64,000 nucleotides of DNA from an uncultured Dehalococcoidia bacterium (GCA_964409595.1 CAYPDR010000010.1:7037-71036); one strand, 5' to 3'. Positions 29,295-40,326 are shown, counted from the first letter of the stretch. A program made the numbers and translations. The notes: generated by a model not told the origin, from the sequence alone.

Positions 29295-32174
29295 ATGGCT
29301 GCAAGGAAATTGGGGAAAAATATAGTGGTGAAAGGTGCAAGGGAGCACAATTTAAAAAATGTCGACGTCTCCATTCCCCGTAATAAACTTGTAGTTATCA
29401 CAGGGGTGTCCGGTTCAGGAAAGAGCTCTCTGGCATTCGATACGATCTACGCTGAAGGACAACGACGTTATGTTGAATCTTTATCGTCCTACGCGAGGCA
29501 ATTTCTTGGAAGAATCGATAAGCCCGATGTCGACTACATCGAGGGCTTGTCACCAGCTATATCGATAGACCAAAAAGGCGCCTCTCACAATCCTAGATCG
29601 ACTGTTGGAACGGTTACTGAAATTTACGATTACCTCAGGTTGTTATATGCCAGAGTAGGTACACCACATTGTTTTAAATGCGGACGCCTCGTTCAAAAAC
29701 AAACAGTGCAACAAATAGTCGACTCGGTGATATCCCTTCCGAAGAATTCACGGATCCAAATACTTGCCCCTGTAGTCAGAAGGAGAAAGGGGGAACATAA
29801 AGAAGTATTTGAATCGGCGAGGCGAGCTGGTTTTGTCAGAGTGAAAGTAAACGGAGAAATCAAGGAGCTCACCGAGGAATTTGATCTAGACAAACAAAAA
29901 TGGCATAACATCGAAATAGTCGTTGACAGACTAGTTATTAATGACACCTTGGATATAAGCCGGGTAACAGACTCTACCGAATCCGCCTTGACCCAAGCCA
30001 ACGGAGTTGTTTTGATAGATGTACAAGGAAAACCAGAAATGATTTTCTCGGAGGAATTTGCCTGCGTTCATTGCAACGTCAGTTTCGGTGAATTGGAACC
30101 TAGAACTTTCAGCTTCAACAATCCTCATGGAGCCTGCCCCACATGTACAGGACTAGGGTTCAAAATGGTTGTAGATGCCGACCTTGTGATGCCGGATCAT
30201 TCCAAATCGGTTCTTGATGGCGGCATTGAAGCATGGGCAAGATCTGGCGCCATATCTCCATGGTATATGAGTCAGTTAATGTCACTAGCCGAAGCGGTAG
30301 GGTTCGACCCGTCCACTCCTATCAAAGACATGGGAAAAGACGATGTTAACGTCCTTTTACTTGGTACCCAAGGTAAGCGAATAGAAATCTCTCACAAAAC
30401 ACGGCGAGGTAGACGTTACAGATGGAACACTAAATTTGAAGGTGTTATAAACAATCTGGAGAGACGATATACAGAAACAGAATCAGAAAGTGTTCGAAAA
30501 GACATAGAGAGGTATATGACCTCTTTACCATGCAAGAACTGCAAAGGGCTACGTCTTCGCCAAGAAGCTCTCGCAGTGACAGTTTCTGAAGAAACCATTA
30601 TGGAAGTATCCAACAAATCCATAAGGTCGGCAAAAGAATGGGTTGAAGGGTTGGAAAATAGCGAGGCTCTTTCCAGAAGAGATAAAAGTATTGCATCCCA
30701 AATAATTAAGGAAATTGATGCTCGCCTGAAATTTCTTCTCAATATAGGACTTGACTATCTTACCCTGAGACGAACCGCGTCGACTCTAAGCGGGGGAGAA
30801 TCGCAAAGGATTCGATTGGCTACTCAAATTGGTTCCGGCCTGATGGGAGTACTGTATGTTTGCGACGAGCCCTCTATTGGCCTTCACCCGGCAGACGATG
30901 ACAGATTAATAAAAACTCTGAAAGGTCTTAGGGACGTTGGAAACACGGTAATCATCGTTGAACACGACGAGGCAATAATGCGCTCTGCAGATCATATAGT
31001 GGACCTCGGCCCAGGAGCCGGAGAGAATGGCGGAGAGATTGTCGCAGTAGGCACGCCTAAAAAAATTATGGCGACTCCTTTATCGCTAACAGGACAGTAT
31101 TTATCTGGAAGAAAAAAAATATACGTCCCGCAGACCCGCCGTACTTACAACGGGCAGTCACTGAAAATTTTTGGTGCTAGACAAAACAACTTAAAAGATG
31201 TCGATATAGAAATACCACTGGGCATTCTAGTATGTGTAACCGGTGTGTCCGGATCTGGGAAAAGCACTTTGGTAAACGAAATCCTGCACAAAAGTCTCGC
31301 TCAACATTTTTATAGATCCAAAGACAGGCCAGGGAACGTTGACCGAATCGAGGGAGTGGAGAATATAGATAAAGTGGTGAATATTGATCAGTCTCCCATA
31401 GGACGTACTCCTAGAAGTAATCCAGCTACTTATACGGGAACGTTTACACCTATCCGGGAGTTGTTTGCACAGGTGCCAGAAGCAAGGAGCAGGGGATACA
31501 AGCCTGGGAGATTTTCTTTTAACGTCAAAGGAGGAAGATGTGAAACTTGTTCAGGAGACGGTCAAATCACGATTGAGATGCAATTCCTACCTGACGTTAC
31601 CGTACCTTGTGAAGACTGTCTCGGAGGCAGATATAATCGTGAAGCTTTGGAAGTCCTCTATCGGGGCAAGAATGTAGCTGACGTTTTAGCGATGACTGTA
31701 TCAGAATCTTTGGAACTGTTTTCTAATATTCCCCGCGTACGTAATAGGCTACAAACCCTGCAAGACGTTGGCCTTGGATATATACGTCTGGGACAACCCG
31801 CTACTCAGTTGAGCGGAGGGGAAGCTCAAAGGGTAAAATTAGCTACGGAACTTTCAAAAAGGGCGACCGGCCAGACCCTCTACATTCTAGATGAACCAAC
31901 TACCGGGCTTTCCTTCGAGGATTGTTCACAACTGTTAAAAGTCATGCATCGACTTGTAGACGCGGGCAATTCCGTCATTCTTATCGAGCATCACCTTGAT
32001 CTGATTAAAAGTGCTGACTGGCTAATCGACCTAGGGCCAGGAGCCGGGGACAAGGGGGGTGAGGTTGTTTGTGTAGGTACTCCGGAAAAAGTTTCTCAAA
32101 TGGACATGTCCCATACAGGCAAGTATCTCAAGAATCTAGTAAATATTCCGGAAGAGATTGCCGTCGCAGGATAA
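29295..32174 (+). CDS. uvrA: excinuclease ABC subunit A
   Basis: GAREHNLKN, GVSGSGKSS, zinc fingers, LSGGESQRIRLATQ, second cassette LSGGEAQRVKLA. Confidence 0.98.
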   Translation: MAARKLGKNIVVKGAREHNLKNVDVSIPRNKLVVITGVSGSGKSSLAFDTIYAEGQRRYVESLSSYARQFLGRIDKPDVDYIEGLSPAISIDQKGASHNPRSTVGTVTEIYDYLRLLYARVGTPHCFKCGRLVQKQTVQQIVDSVISLPKNSRIQILAPVVRRRKGEHKEVFESARRAGFVRVKVNGEIKELTEEFDLDKQKWHNIEIVVDRLVINDTLDISRVTDSTESALTQANGVVLIDVQGKPEMIFSEEFACVHCNVSFGELEPRTFSFNNPHGACPTCTGLGFKMVVDADLVMPDHSKSVLDGGIEAWARSGAISPWYMSQLMSLAEAVGFDPSTPIKDMGKDDVNVLLLGTQGKRIEISHKTRRGRRYRWNTKFEGVINNLERRYTETESESVRKDIERYMTSLPCKNCKGLRLRQEALAVTVSEETIMEVSNKSIRSAKEWVEGLENSEALSRRDKSIASQIIKEIDARLKFLLNIGLDYLTLRRTASTLSGGESQRIRLATQIGSGLMGVLYVCDEPSIGLHPADDDRLIKTLKGLRDVGNTVIIVEHDEAIMRSADHIVDLGPGAGENGGEIVAVGTPKKIMATPLSLTGQYLSGRKKIYVPQTRRTYNGQSLKIFGARQNNLKDVDIEIPLGILVCVTGVSGSGKSTLVNEILHKSLAQHFYRSKDRPGNVDRIEGVENIDKVVNIDQSPIGRTPRSNPATYTGTFTPIRELFAQVPEARSRGYKPGRFSFNVKGGRCETCSGDGQITIEMQFLPDVTVPCEDCLGGRYNREALEVLYRGKNVADVLAMTVSESLELFSNIPRVRNRLQTLQDVGLGYIRLGQPATQLSGGEAQRVKLATELSKRATGQTLYILDEPTTGLSFEDCSQLLKVMHRLVDAGNSVILIEHHLDLIKSADWLIDLGPGAGDKGGEVVCVGTPEKVSQMDMSHTGKYLKNLVNIPEEIAVAG

Positions 32175-32410
32175 TGTTTAGGTTCCAAACATAAGGAAAG
32201 TAATCAACAGGTTGGCTTTCCCCAACCAATTTGTGCCTAGATCGTCTTATTGTTCGCCTGAAATCCTTATGTTAGACTGATGCCCCATGTTGACGGGAAT
32301 AGTTGCATGTGCGACAAGCATAAATTGCGGCTGCAGAAGTATTGCTTAGGCAATCTAAGGTAAACAGTGCACTTAAAAATTGAGATGCACACGATTAAGG
32401 AGGAAGGCTT

Positions 32411-33286
32411 TTGAAGTGGATCGAATTTGAAAAACCGAAATCCGTAGAAGAAGCGGTCACGTTGTTATCCCAATCGGGTGGCACGGCAAGGCCACTAGCC
32501 GGCGGAACTGACCTGATAGTCATGCTTCGGGTAGGACATCCTCGGGTGAACCCCGACGTCGTAGTTGACGTAAAAAGCATACCGGAACTCAATGAACTCA
32601 GCTACAGCCCTGACTCAGGGTTAACTATCGGTGCGGCAGTTGAGTGCTACAAGATATATAACGACGATAAGGTGAAGAAACACTATCCCGCAATTATAGA
32701 CTCAGCATCTCTTATAGGCGGAACTCAGATACAAGGTAGAGCATCCCTTGGCGGAAACCTGTGTAATGCAGCGCCGAGTGGAGACTCAATCCCAAATTTG
32801 ATAGCCCACAACGGAGTAGCCAATATAGTGGGGCCAAACGGATCAAGGCAAATCCCGGTAGAGGACGTTTGCACGGGTCCTGGGCAGACCAGCATAGCTA
32901 ACGATGAGCTGCTAGTCTCGATCAACTTACCCAACAATGGTCCCGGTTTCGGAGCTAACTATATTAGATTCATTCCGAGAAATGAAATGGACATCGCTGT
33001 AGCGGGTGCCGGAGTTTCAGTTAATATAGAAAATGGAAAGTTTACCGCGGCCAGAGTCAGCCTAGCCTCAGTTGCGCCGACACCTCTCTTGGTGAAAGAG
33101 GCAGGGGATGCTTTGGTGGGGAACGCAGTTGGCGACGAAGCGATACAAGAAGCCGCCGATCAAGCAAAATCAGCAGCAAAACCGATCTCTGATATGAGAG
33201 GCACAGCAGAGTACAGAAAACATTTGTGTGAAGTTCTGACTCGACGTGCACTTAACACAGCGGTTGAACGAGCACAGGGGAGCTAA
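32411..33286 (+). CDS. Mo-hydroxylase FAD subunit (CoxM/XdhB-like)
   Basis: AGGTDL, ASLGGNLCNAAPSGD, PISDMRG. Confidence 0.92.
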   Translation: MKWIEFEKPKSVEEAVTLLSQSGGTARPLAGGTDLIVMLRVGHPRVNPDVVVDVKSIPELNELSYSPDSGLTIGAAVECYKIYNDDKVKKHYPAIIDSASLIGGTQIQGRASLGGNLCNAAPSGDSIPNLIAHNGVANIVGPNGSRQIPVEDVCTGPGQTSIANDELLVSINLPNNGPGFGANYIRFIPRNEMDIAVAGAGVSVNIENGKFTAARVSLASVAPTPLLVKEAGDALVGNAVGDEAIQEAADQAKSAAKPISDMRGTAEYRKHLCEVLTRRALNTAVERAQGS

Positions 33287-33290
33287 TCAG

Positions 33291-33770
33291 ATGCCAGGTA
33301 AGACCTACGTACAAACAACAATCAATGGGGAGCAGGTGGACTTTCTGTGTGAACCCAGACAAAGCCTACTGGAATGCCTACGAGATGAGATAGGCCTAAC
33401 AGGCACAAAAGAGGGCTGTAACGACGGTAACTGTGGAGCATGCACCATCAACTTAGACGGGCGGATTGTGACGTCATGCCTTGTCTTGGGAGTGGAGGCA
33501 GAAGGAGCCACTATAGAAACTATCGAAGGGGTAGCGGACGGAAGTAACCTCCATCCGCTTCAGTTGGCATTCTTAGAGAATGCCGCACTTCAATGTGGAA
33601 TATGCACTCCGGGTTTCATAGTCTCTTCTAAGGCTCTGCTGGAGGAGAATCCCAACCCTACTGAACACGAAATCAGATTTTGGCTAGCTAACAATCTTTG
33701 CAGATGCACCGGTTATGACAAGATAGTCAGAGCCGTGCAAGATGCAGCCAAGCGACTGCAGGAGGCCTAA
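33291..33770 (+). CDS. Mo-hydroxylase 2Fe-2S subunit (CoxS-like)
   Basis: GCNDGNCGAC, QCGICTPG, NLCRCTGY. Confidence 0.94.
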   Translation: MPGKTYVQTTINGEQVDFLCEPRQSLLECLRDEIGLTGTKEGCNDGNCGACTINLDGRIVTSCLVLGVEAEGATIETIEGVADGSNLHPLQLAFLENAALQCGICTPGFIVSSKALLEENPNPTEHEIRFWLANNLCRCTGYDKIVRAVQDAAKRLQEA

Positions 33771-33776
33771 TTAATT

Positions 33777-36044
33777 ATGACCACCACAGACTACGAGCGA
33801 AATATGGTTAATGCCACCAAAACGGATTTCAATGTAATTGGCACAAGACCAGTGAGGCACGATGGCACAGATAAGGTTACAGGAAGAGCTCTCTATGGAG
33901 CTGACTTCGACACCTCGGGGCTTTTGCACGGAAAAATTCTTCGCAGTCCTCATGCTCACGCTATTATTAAGTCGGTCGATACAAGCAAAGCTGAAGCCTT
34001 AGAAGGCGTCAAGGCCATAGTAACCGCTTCGGACTTTCCTGAGGTTGAAGAGAAGACTGGGGAAGACGAAACTAAACTAAAATGGCTTAGAGACAACATC
34101 CTAGCAAGTGATAAGGCGCTTTACGGAGGCCACGCTATTGCGGGTGTTGCCGCGGTCAATCCACATGTGGCAGAAGAGGCCTTGAATCTAATCCAAGTTG
34201 AGTATCAAGTACTAACTCCAGTTTTAACAACTCAAGAAGCGATGGCAGACAACGCCTCGATTCTCCACGATAGTCTCACAACAGAGGAACTAGGAAAGGA
34301 TACGGGAACAGTAAGTAACGTGGCGAGCCATTTCCAACATGTGAAGGGAGATGTCGTGAAAGGCTTTTCTGAAGCCGATATATGCATCGAGCGAGACTTC
34401 AACACAACAACGGTGCACCAAGGTTACATTGAACCTCACAATGGAACGGCTTTTTGGAGTGCCGATGGAAGGTTACATGTGTGGTGTAGCACCCAGGGAG
34501 CTTTTGCTGTCCGGGATAGCTTGAGTGACCTTTTAGATATGCCTGTGTCAATGATCAGGGTTACGCCAATGGAGATCGGCGGCGGATTCGGAGGGAAGAT
34601 ACCGATCTACGTAGAACCTGTAGCTGCGCTACTCTCCAAGAAGACTGGCGCACCTGTCAAAATAGTAATGAGCCGAAAAGAAACCTTTGAAGGCTCTGGG
34701 CCTACTCCTGGTTCATATATGAAAATCAAGGTGGGCGCAAAAAAAGATGGCACCATAACAGCGGCTCATGCATGGTTGGCTATGGAGGCAGGGGCATACC
34801 CAGGATCACCTGTAGGGGCTGCGGCTCAATGCGTGTTTTCAGTTTACGACATTGAAAATGCTTTGATAGATGGCTACGACGTAGTAGTAAACAAACCCAA
34901 AACTGCGGCGTACAGAGCGCCTGGTGCTCCTAATGCGGCCTTTGGCGCCGAACAGGTACTCAACGAACTGGCAGAACAAATCGGAATGGACCCCATTGAT
35001 CTAAGACTGAAGAACGTAGCAACAGAGGGCACTAGACGGCCAGATGGACCGGTTTTCAGAACAATAGGGGCGAAAGAGGTACTTGAGGCTATGAGAGATC
35101 ATCCTCACTACCAATCTGAAAAAGCGGCGGGTCATGGCCGAGGTATAGCTATCGGGTTCTGGTTCAACATAGGGTTCGATTCTGCTTGCAACATCGCTGT
35201 GAATTCAGACGGAACAGTGAACCTTACTGAAGGGTCCACAGACATCGGAGGATCAAGGACCTCGATAGCAATGCAAGCTGCAGAGGTATTAGGCATACCA
35301 GTAGAAGATGTCAGACCTTCAGTAGTAGACACAGATACTGTCGGATTTACTGCAATTACCGGCGGTAGCAGGACGACCTTCGCGACTGGATGGGCTGCAT
35401 ACGAAGCCGCGCAAGATGTAGTACGACAATGTATTGAGCGAGCGGCAAGTATATGGGATGTTGATGCCGACGGACTTCAAATGAAAGACGGTTCCATCAG
35501 CTCTACTGCTGACTCTGAACTGAGTATGACTTTCAAGGAACTAGCTTCTCAGCTCAGCGACACCGGCGGTGGCATAATGGGTAGCGCTTCTGTCAATCCG
35601 GGCGGAGTTGGGGGATCATTCGCTGGAAATATTGCAGACGTGTCAGTTGACGAAGACACCGGAAAGGTAACGGTCGAAAGATTCACTTGCGTACAAGACG
35701 CTGGTAAAGCGATACACCCTAGCTACGTTGAAGGACAAATGCAAGGTGGTAGCGTTCAAGGGATAGGTTGGGCGTTAAATGAGGAATATTTCATGAACGA
35801 CCAAGGTAACATGTCAAATTCAAGCCTTCTCGACTACAGAATGCCGACTGCCTTAGATCTCCCTATGATAGACACAGTAATCGTAGAAGTTGCCAATCCC
35901 GGTCACCCATTCGGAGTGCGAGGGGTAGGCGAGGCGAACATCGTACCACCAACACCCACACTAGCAAACGCCATATATGATGCAACGGGCAAGAGAATGA
36001 CTGATCTGCCCATGAGTCCAGGTGCGGTTTTGGCTGCGGAATAG
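33777..36044 (+). CDS. xanthine dehydrogenase-family molybdopterin-binding large subunit (not a bona fide CO dehydrogenase)
   Basis: GGGFGGK, active-site loop AYRAPG, EGQMQGG, GVGE. Confidence 0.9.
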   Translation: MTTTDYERNMVNATKTDFNVIGTRPVRHDGTDKVTGRALYGADFDTSGLLHGKILRSPHAHAIIKSVDTSKAEALEGVKAIVTASDFPEVEEKTGEDETKLKWLRDNILASDKALYGGHAIAGVAAVNPHVAEEALNLIQVEYQVLTPVLTTQEAMADNASILHDSLTTEELGKDTGTVSNVASHFQHVKGDVVKGFSEADICIERDFNTTTVHQGYIEPHNGTAFWSADGRLHVWCSTQGAFAVRDSLSDLLDMPVSMIRVTPMEIGGGFGGKIPIYVEPVAALLSKKTGAPVKIVMSRKETFEGSGPTPGSYMKIKVGAKKDGTITAAHAWLAMEAGAYPGSPVGAAAQCVFSVYDIENALIDGYDVVVNKPKTAAYRAPGAPNAAFGAEQVLNELAEQIGMDPIDLRLKNVATEGTRRPDGPVFRTIGAKEVLEAMRDHPHYQSEKAAGHGRGIAIGFWFNIGFDSACNIAVNSDGTVNLTEGSTDIGGSRTSIAMQAAEVLGIPVEDVRPSVVDTDTVGFTAITGGSRTTFATGWAAYEAAQDVVRQCIERAASIWDVDADGLQMKDGSISSTADSELSMTFKELASQLSDTGGGIMGSASVNPGGVGGSFAGNIADVSVDEDTGKVTVERFTCVQDAGKAIHPSYVEGQMQGGSVQGIGWALNEEYFMNDQGNMSNSSLLDYRMPTALDLPMIDTVIVEVANPGHPFGVRGVGEANIVPPTPTLANAIYDATGKRMTDLPMSPGAVLAAE

Positions 36045-36063
36045 GCCACACCCCTTAATCGCC

Positions 36064-36327
36064 GTGGCATTAGTTTTTATACCGTCTCTCATGCAGGGAC
36101 TCTCGGAGGGAGAGTCCCGCGTGAGAGTGGAAGGTGGCAACGTCAGGCAGATAATAGATAATCTAGACGCCCAATATCCCGGATTTAAAGTTCGGCTGGT
36201 CGAGGACGGACGAGTTAAGCCGAACATATCAGTCGCAATAGATGGTGAAATCACTCCGCTCGGACTGATTGAAAAAGTGGGAGAACAAAGCGAGGTCCAC
36301 TTCCTTCCAGCCATATCGGGTGGTTAA
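36064..36327 (+). CDS. MoaD/ThiS family sulfur-carrier protein
   Basis: Ubiquitin-like pattern ending PAISGG; GTG start at 36064. Confidence 0.87.
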   Translation: MALVFIPSLMQGLSEGESRVRVEGGNVRQIIDNLDAQYPGFKVRLVEDGRVKPNISVAIDGEITPLGLIEKVGEQSEVHFLPAISGG

Positions 36328-36408
36328 ACACAACCAACAATGGGCTGTTAACCCGTAACTTCAGCAGTGAAAAGAAATGTTTTGTTAGCTTGAAAGTGTA
36401 GAAATTTC

Positions 36409-37260
36409 TTGACTGTAAAAGTAGGAACTAGCAAATTTGTAGAAATCAACAGTCAGAAGTCGCATTATTTAGACTGGGGAAGCGCTCAAGAAACTATTCT
36501 GCTAATTCACGGGGATATGAGAACCAGTAGAAGCTTCGATGCAGTATCCCGACGACTATCCAAAAGATTCAGGGTGATTGCGTTAGACTTATTCGGCCAC
36601 GGTGATAGCCATTGGCCCAAATCAGGATATCGTTTTAAGGACCGGTCAGAAAACATCCTCAAATTTATCGAAGAGGCACATATTGGAAATATCACTGCCG
36701 TGGCGCACTCTACTGGAGCGGTAGCGTTAACCCTTTGTGCAGCGGAACACACTTCTCTTTTTAAAAAACTTGTCTTGTTGGAGCCCATGTTAAAAGTAGA
36801 TGAGTCTTTCCAAAAAATGGTGTCAACCCAGGGATCAAGACCAAGAACTACCTGGGCTAGCCGGGAGGAGTTGGCAGAATTACTGAATACCCACAAAGTT
36901 ACGAGAAATTGGACTGAAGAGGTGATATCAGACGTAGTAGCCCACGAAACATTTATTAACCCATCAGGCAGGCTGGATATGAAATGGGCACCGCCTACTC
37001 GACAATGGCAAGATAGAGAACACGACTACCTAGACTTAATAGCTTATCTTAAACAACTATCTAAACCGACATTGTTTGTAGTGAGTTCTGAAGGAAAACA
37101 TGATTTCTCAGAAGCTTTTCACCTTGAAAAAGAAACCCCTGACTTTTTCTGTTCCACGGTAAGAGACTCTGGTCATAACATGTACATGGAGAGACCCGAC
37201 GCCATATCCCAGTTAATCACCGCATTTTGCTCAGGAGTCAGCACGCCTGCTGAAATCTAA
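36409..37260 (+). CDS. alpha/beta-fold hydrolase
   Basis: DLFGHGDS, AHSTG elbow, SGHNMY. Confidence 0.85.
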   Translation: MTVKVGTSKFVEINSQKSHYLDWGSAQETILLIHGDMRTSRSFDAVSRRLSKRFRVIALDLFGHGDSHWPKSGYRFKDRSENILKFIEEAHIGNITAVAHSTGAVALTLCAAEHTSLFKKLVLLEPMLKVDESFQKMVSTQGSRPRTTWASREELAELLNTHKVTRNWTEEVISDVVAHETFINPSGRLDMKWAPPTRQWQDREHDYLDLIAYLKQLSKPTLFVVSSEGKHDFSEAFHLEKETPDFFCSTVRDSGHNMYMERPDAISQLITAFCSGVSTPAEI

Positions 37261-37264
37261 GACC

Positions 37265-38500
37265 TTAGTAACTAGGAAGCCCATAAAGTAGTTCCTTGGG
37301 AGTAAATCCTGCCTTATATTCCGTCTGGTGGCCCTCCCATGGGTGCTCCCTCGCTACAGACTCGTTTATGTCCACCCCCCACCCAGGGCCTGACGGTACC
37401 GTCATATAACCATTGATTATTTCCGGCTGGGCTGTAGTGAGGTCATCCTTCCAAGGCACATCATCTATATCTATCTCCATAATTCTTATATTGGGAAGTG
37501 AAGCACACAGGGAGGCGCTCACGAATGTCGAAAGATGGCTGTAATAATTGTGAGGAGCTACGTTGTGCTGGAATACCTCAGCCAGATCACCAATTTTCTT
37601 CGATTGGCTAAATCCATTCCAGGGAACATCCACCATAAACATATCGGCAGAATGCAATTGGAAGTATGGCAAATAATCTCTCATATAAAACAAATTCTCC
37701 CCAGTGCATATCCTGGTACTGGTCGATTCTTTAATCTGCCTCAAGCTTTCAGGCTGGTACATATCTATCTCTAGCCAAAGCATGTCAAACTGTTCCAGTA
37801 CTTTGGCAATCCGCAAACAGGCTTCAGTCTTAAAGTTAAAGTTCAAATCCAGGTTGATATCAACATCCGGGCCAACAGCATCGCGAAAAGTGCCAATAAG
37901 TTTTTCTATGTGACTTAAAGCCCCTTTTGTCACTACCTGGTCAGTATTCCCACGACCTCGCCCGAACCCATCCCCAAAATGCATAGGTAATTTCCCGGGA
38001 CCTATGACATTTGTTTTAAATGCTGTGAATCCACGATCGACTACTTCCTTCCCGAGTGCGATAATGTCGTCCCAACTGTGAAGAGGTGGCACACCAATCA
38101 AACCGTGGTTGCGAACTCGCGAAGTCCCGCAATGAGACCAATAGACTCTGACCCTATCTCTAGTAGGACCACCAAAAAGTTCTGCAACAGAAATGCCCAA
38201 ACTTTTCGCCTTTATATCTATGAATGCACAATCGAGCCCTGCTATAGCTTTAGCAGCTATACCCCCAGGACTCTGCCTCGTAGCTCTAAGCATATCCCAG
38301 AATCTAGTTTCGAATTCACGAGGGTCACTTCCGATCAAAATAGGTTTGAGATCTTCGATCGTACCCGATACACCCATCGGAGACCTTCCGTCACTACACT
38401 CTCCCCAACCAGTAACTCCTTCATCAGTCTCTACTTTTACGAATCCCCATGGTCTCCATCCTGCATCTACTATCAAGGACTCTATATTGGTGATTTTCAT
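37265..38500 (-). CDS. mandelate racemase/muconate lactonizing family dehydratase (DgoD-like)
   Basis: VETDEGVTGWGE, metal ligands D/E/E (DLN, LEID, GEN), APHN, GPGWG. Confidence 0.88.
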   Translation of the reverse strand: MKITNIESLIVDAGWRPWGFVKVETDEGVTGWGECSDGRSPMGVSGTIEDLKPILIGSDPREFETRFWDMLRATRQSPGGIAAKAIAGLDCAFIDIKAKSLGISVAELFGGPTRDRVRVYWSHCGTSRVRNHGLIGVPPLHSWDDIIALGKEVVDRGFTAFKTNVIGPGKLPMHFGDGFGRGRGNTDQVVTKGALSHIEKLIGTFRDAVGPDVDINLDLNFNFKTEACLRIAKVLEQFDMLWLEIDMYQPESLRQIKESTSTRICTGENLFYMRDYLPYFQLHSADMFMVDVPWNGFSQSKKIGDLAEVFQHNVAPHNYYSHLSTFVSASLCASLPNIRIMEIDIDDVPWKDDLTTAQPEIINGYMTVPSGPGWGVDINESVAREHPWEGHQTEYKAGFTPKELLYGLPSY

Positions 38501-38527
38501 CTGGCCATACCTCTCATTGGAGCAACG

Positions 38528-40090
38528 TCAATCTTCTATAGGTTGGTTGTAGTTCTCCTTTAGTACCCTTTTCAGAACTTTCCCAAGAGGATTTCGCGGT
38601 AGCTCATCAACTACCACTATGGACTCCGGTTTCTTAAAACTTGATAATCTGGACCTACAATATTCGATGACATCAGACTCATCAATACGCATACCCCGCT
38701 TGGGTACAACGATGGCACGAATCCTTTCACCCCAATCCAGATCGGGAACTCCTATGATTGCTGCTTCATCAATTGTTGGGTGGGAATGAAGAACTTGTTC
38801 AACCTCTTCAGGTGAAACCATTTCACCTCCTCTTTTTATAAAATCTTTGGCTCTTCCAGATAGAAAAATATACCCATCCTCGTCAAAATAACCTAGATCC
38901 CCTGTATACAACCAACCCTCACGAATAGCTTCCGCAGTAGCCTCCTCTTGATTCCAGTAACCTTTCATCAATCGTGACCCTTTAGCAACTATCTCTCCAT
39001 TCACACCAGGTTTCACGGATTCTCCATCTTCGTTTACGATTCTCACTTCTACGTCAGTTAATGGTTTTCCAATAGAGGTGAGACGGTTCAGTTTAATTTG
39101 AATCTCTTCTTCACTACCCTCCAAGATATGATCTTCAGGCGGCAACATAGTGATAGTAGCAGCCGTCTCAGTCTGGCCAAAGGCATTAATAAAATACGTC
39201 CCGGGTAGTTTTTCAATCGCTCTTTTTATAACCTCAAGGGGCATTGGAGCCGCCCCATATGTAATCACTTCCAAACTAGTTAGGTCGTAGTTATCAAATT
39301 CTTCGTGATCTAATATCATCTTGAGCATCGTCGGAACCATCATGGCTCTATTAGCTCGCTCTTCTTGAACCAAAGTCATCCACTCGGCTGGTTCAAATTG
39401 CCGCTGGATTATCAACGTGCGCCCTCCATAAATTGCAGCCATTACCGCTTGCACACCAGCGATATGATAAAGAGGCACCGTCAGAATATTCTTCTCCTCT
39501 ATATCAGGATCACAAGGCAACACATTGCTTAAGATGTAAGACGAGAAACTATCGTGGCTGAGCATTACCCCTTTTGGAAATCCAGTGGTGCCAGCTGTGA
39601 ACATCAACATAGTAAGATCATCTCCATCATCAGAGGGAGTCAGATCTTCGCTACTCTCCGTCTCTATTAAGGCGTGATAACTCAGCCACCCATCACGACT
39701 GTGATCAATGGAGATACGCAGGTTCAAACTTGCGTTCTCTTCATATATCCCGTCGATCATCTCCGTATAACGCTCTCCTGCAAAGACTGCCTTCGGGGCG
39801 GCATCGGCTAACATGTAGCGAACCTCGTCCGGTGTAGATCGAAAGTTAAGCGGGACATATACCGCATCTAGCTTAGCTGCAGCAAAATAGGCCTCAATGT
39901 GTTCGTTACAATTGACTTGGATTGTAGCTATGCGGTCGCCAGGAACAATTCCCATCAGCGATAACGAATTGGCCAACCTACTTGACCGTTCAGAGAGTTC
40001 GCCATAGGTAAACCGTTTTCCATCAAAGAGTATCGCGGTACGATCCGGCACTATTAAAGATGTAATATCGAGAAACTCCGATGTATTCAT
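38528..40090 (-). CDS. long-chain acyl-CoA synthetase / AMP-binding enzyme
   Basis: FTAGTTGFPKG, FGQTE, TGDLG, GKVLK. Confidence 0.92.
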   Translation of the reverse strand: MNTSEFLDITSLIVPDRTAILFDGKRFTYGELSERSSRLANSLSLMGIVPGDRIATIQVNCNEHIEAYFAAAKLDAVYVPLNFRSTPDEVRYMLADAAPKAVFAGERYTEMIDGIYEENASLNLRISIDHSRDGWLSYHALIETESSEDLTPSDDGDDLTMLMFTAGTTGFPKGVMLSHDSFSSYILSNVLPCDPDIEEKNILTVPLYHIAGVQAVMAAIYGGRTLIIQRQFEPAEWMTLVQEERANRAMMVPTMLKMILDHEEFDNYDLTSLEVITYGAAPMPLEVIKRAIEKLPGTYFINAFGQTETAATITMLPPEDHILEGSEEEIQIKLNRLTSIGKPLTDVEVRIVNEDGESVKPGVNGEIVAKGSRLMKGYWNQEEATAEAIREGWLYTGDLGYFDEDGYIFLSGRAKDFIKRGGEMVSPEEVEQVLHSHPTIDEAAIIGVPDLDWGERIRAIVVPKRGMRIDESDVIEYCRSRLSSFKKPESIVVVDELPRNPLGKVLKRVLKENYNQPIED

Positions 40091-40254
40091 TCTCGGATAA
40101 CCCTCTCCTAAAGAAAAAGATTCCTTAATTTACCATCAAATTATAACTATCCGCTATAGTTCTCTATCCTGAGAGTAATCGTAGTCGACTCAAACTTCGA
40201 TCGCGGCTTCCTTCCACTCCTGTTACACTGTTAACATGATAGTTGAAAGCTTCG

Positions 40255-40285
40255 TTGACACATCACCATCTAAATTTGCTACCAT
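40255..40285 (+). promoter_or_regulatory. putative sigma70 promoter for greA
   Basis: TTGACA (40255) and extended -10 TGcTACCAT (40277-40285); spacer is long (19 nt). GGAGG RBS follows. Confidence 0.4.
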
Positions 40286-40326
40286 TTTCTGTGACGGGGT
40301 TTGAAACCCAGTAGGAGGGTTAACCT

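Noticed and set aside
32175-32410. Moco riboswitch or terminator upstream of the Mo-hydroxylase
   Set aside because: Several short hairpins (e.g. GGTTGG/CCAACC at 32210-32227) but no convincing Moco consensus or U-tract; an Infernal scan would be needed.
32411-36044. Aerobic CO dehydrogenase (coxMSL) call
   Set aside because: The active-site loop is AYRAPG, without the Cu-binding CSFR motif or the form II AYRGAGR.
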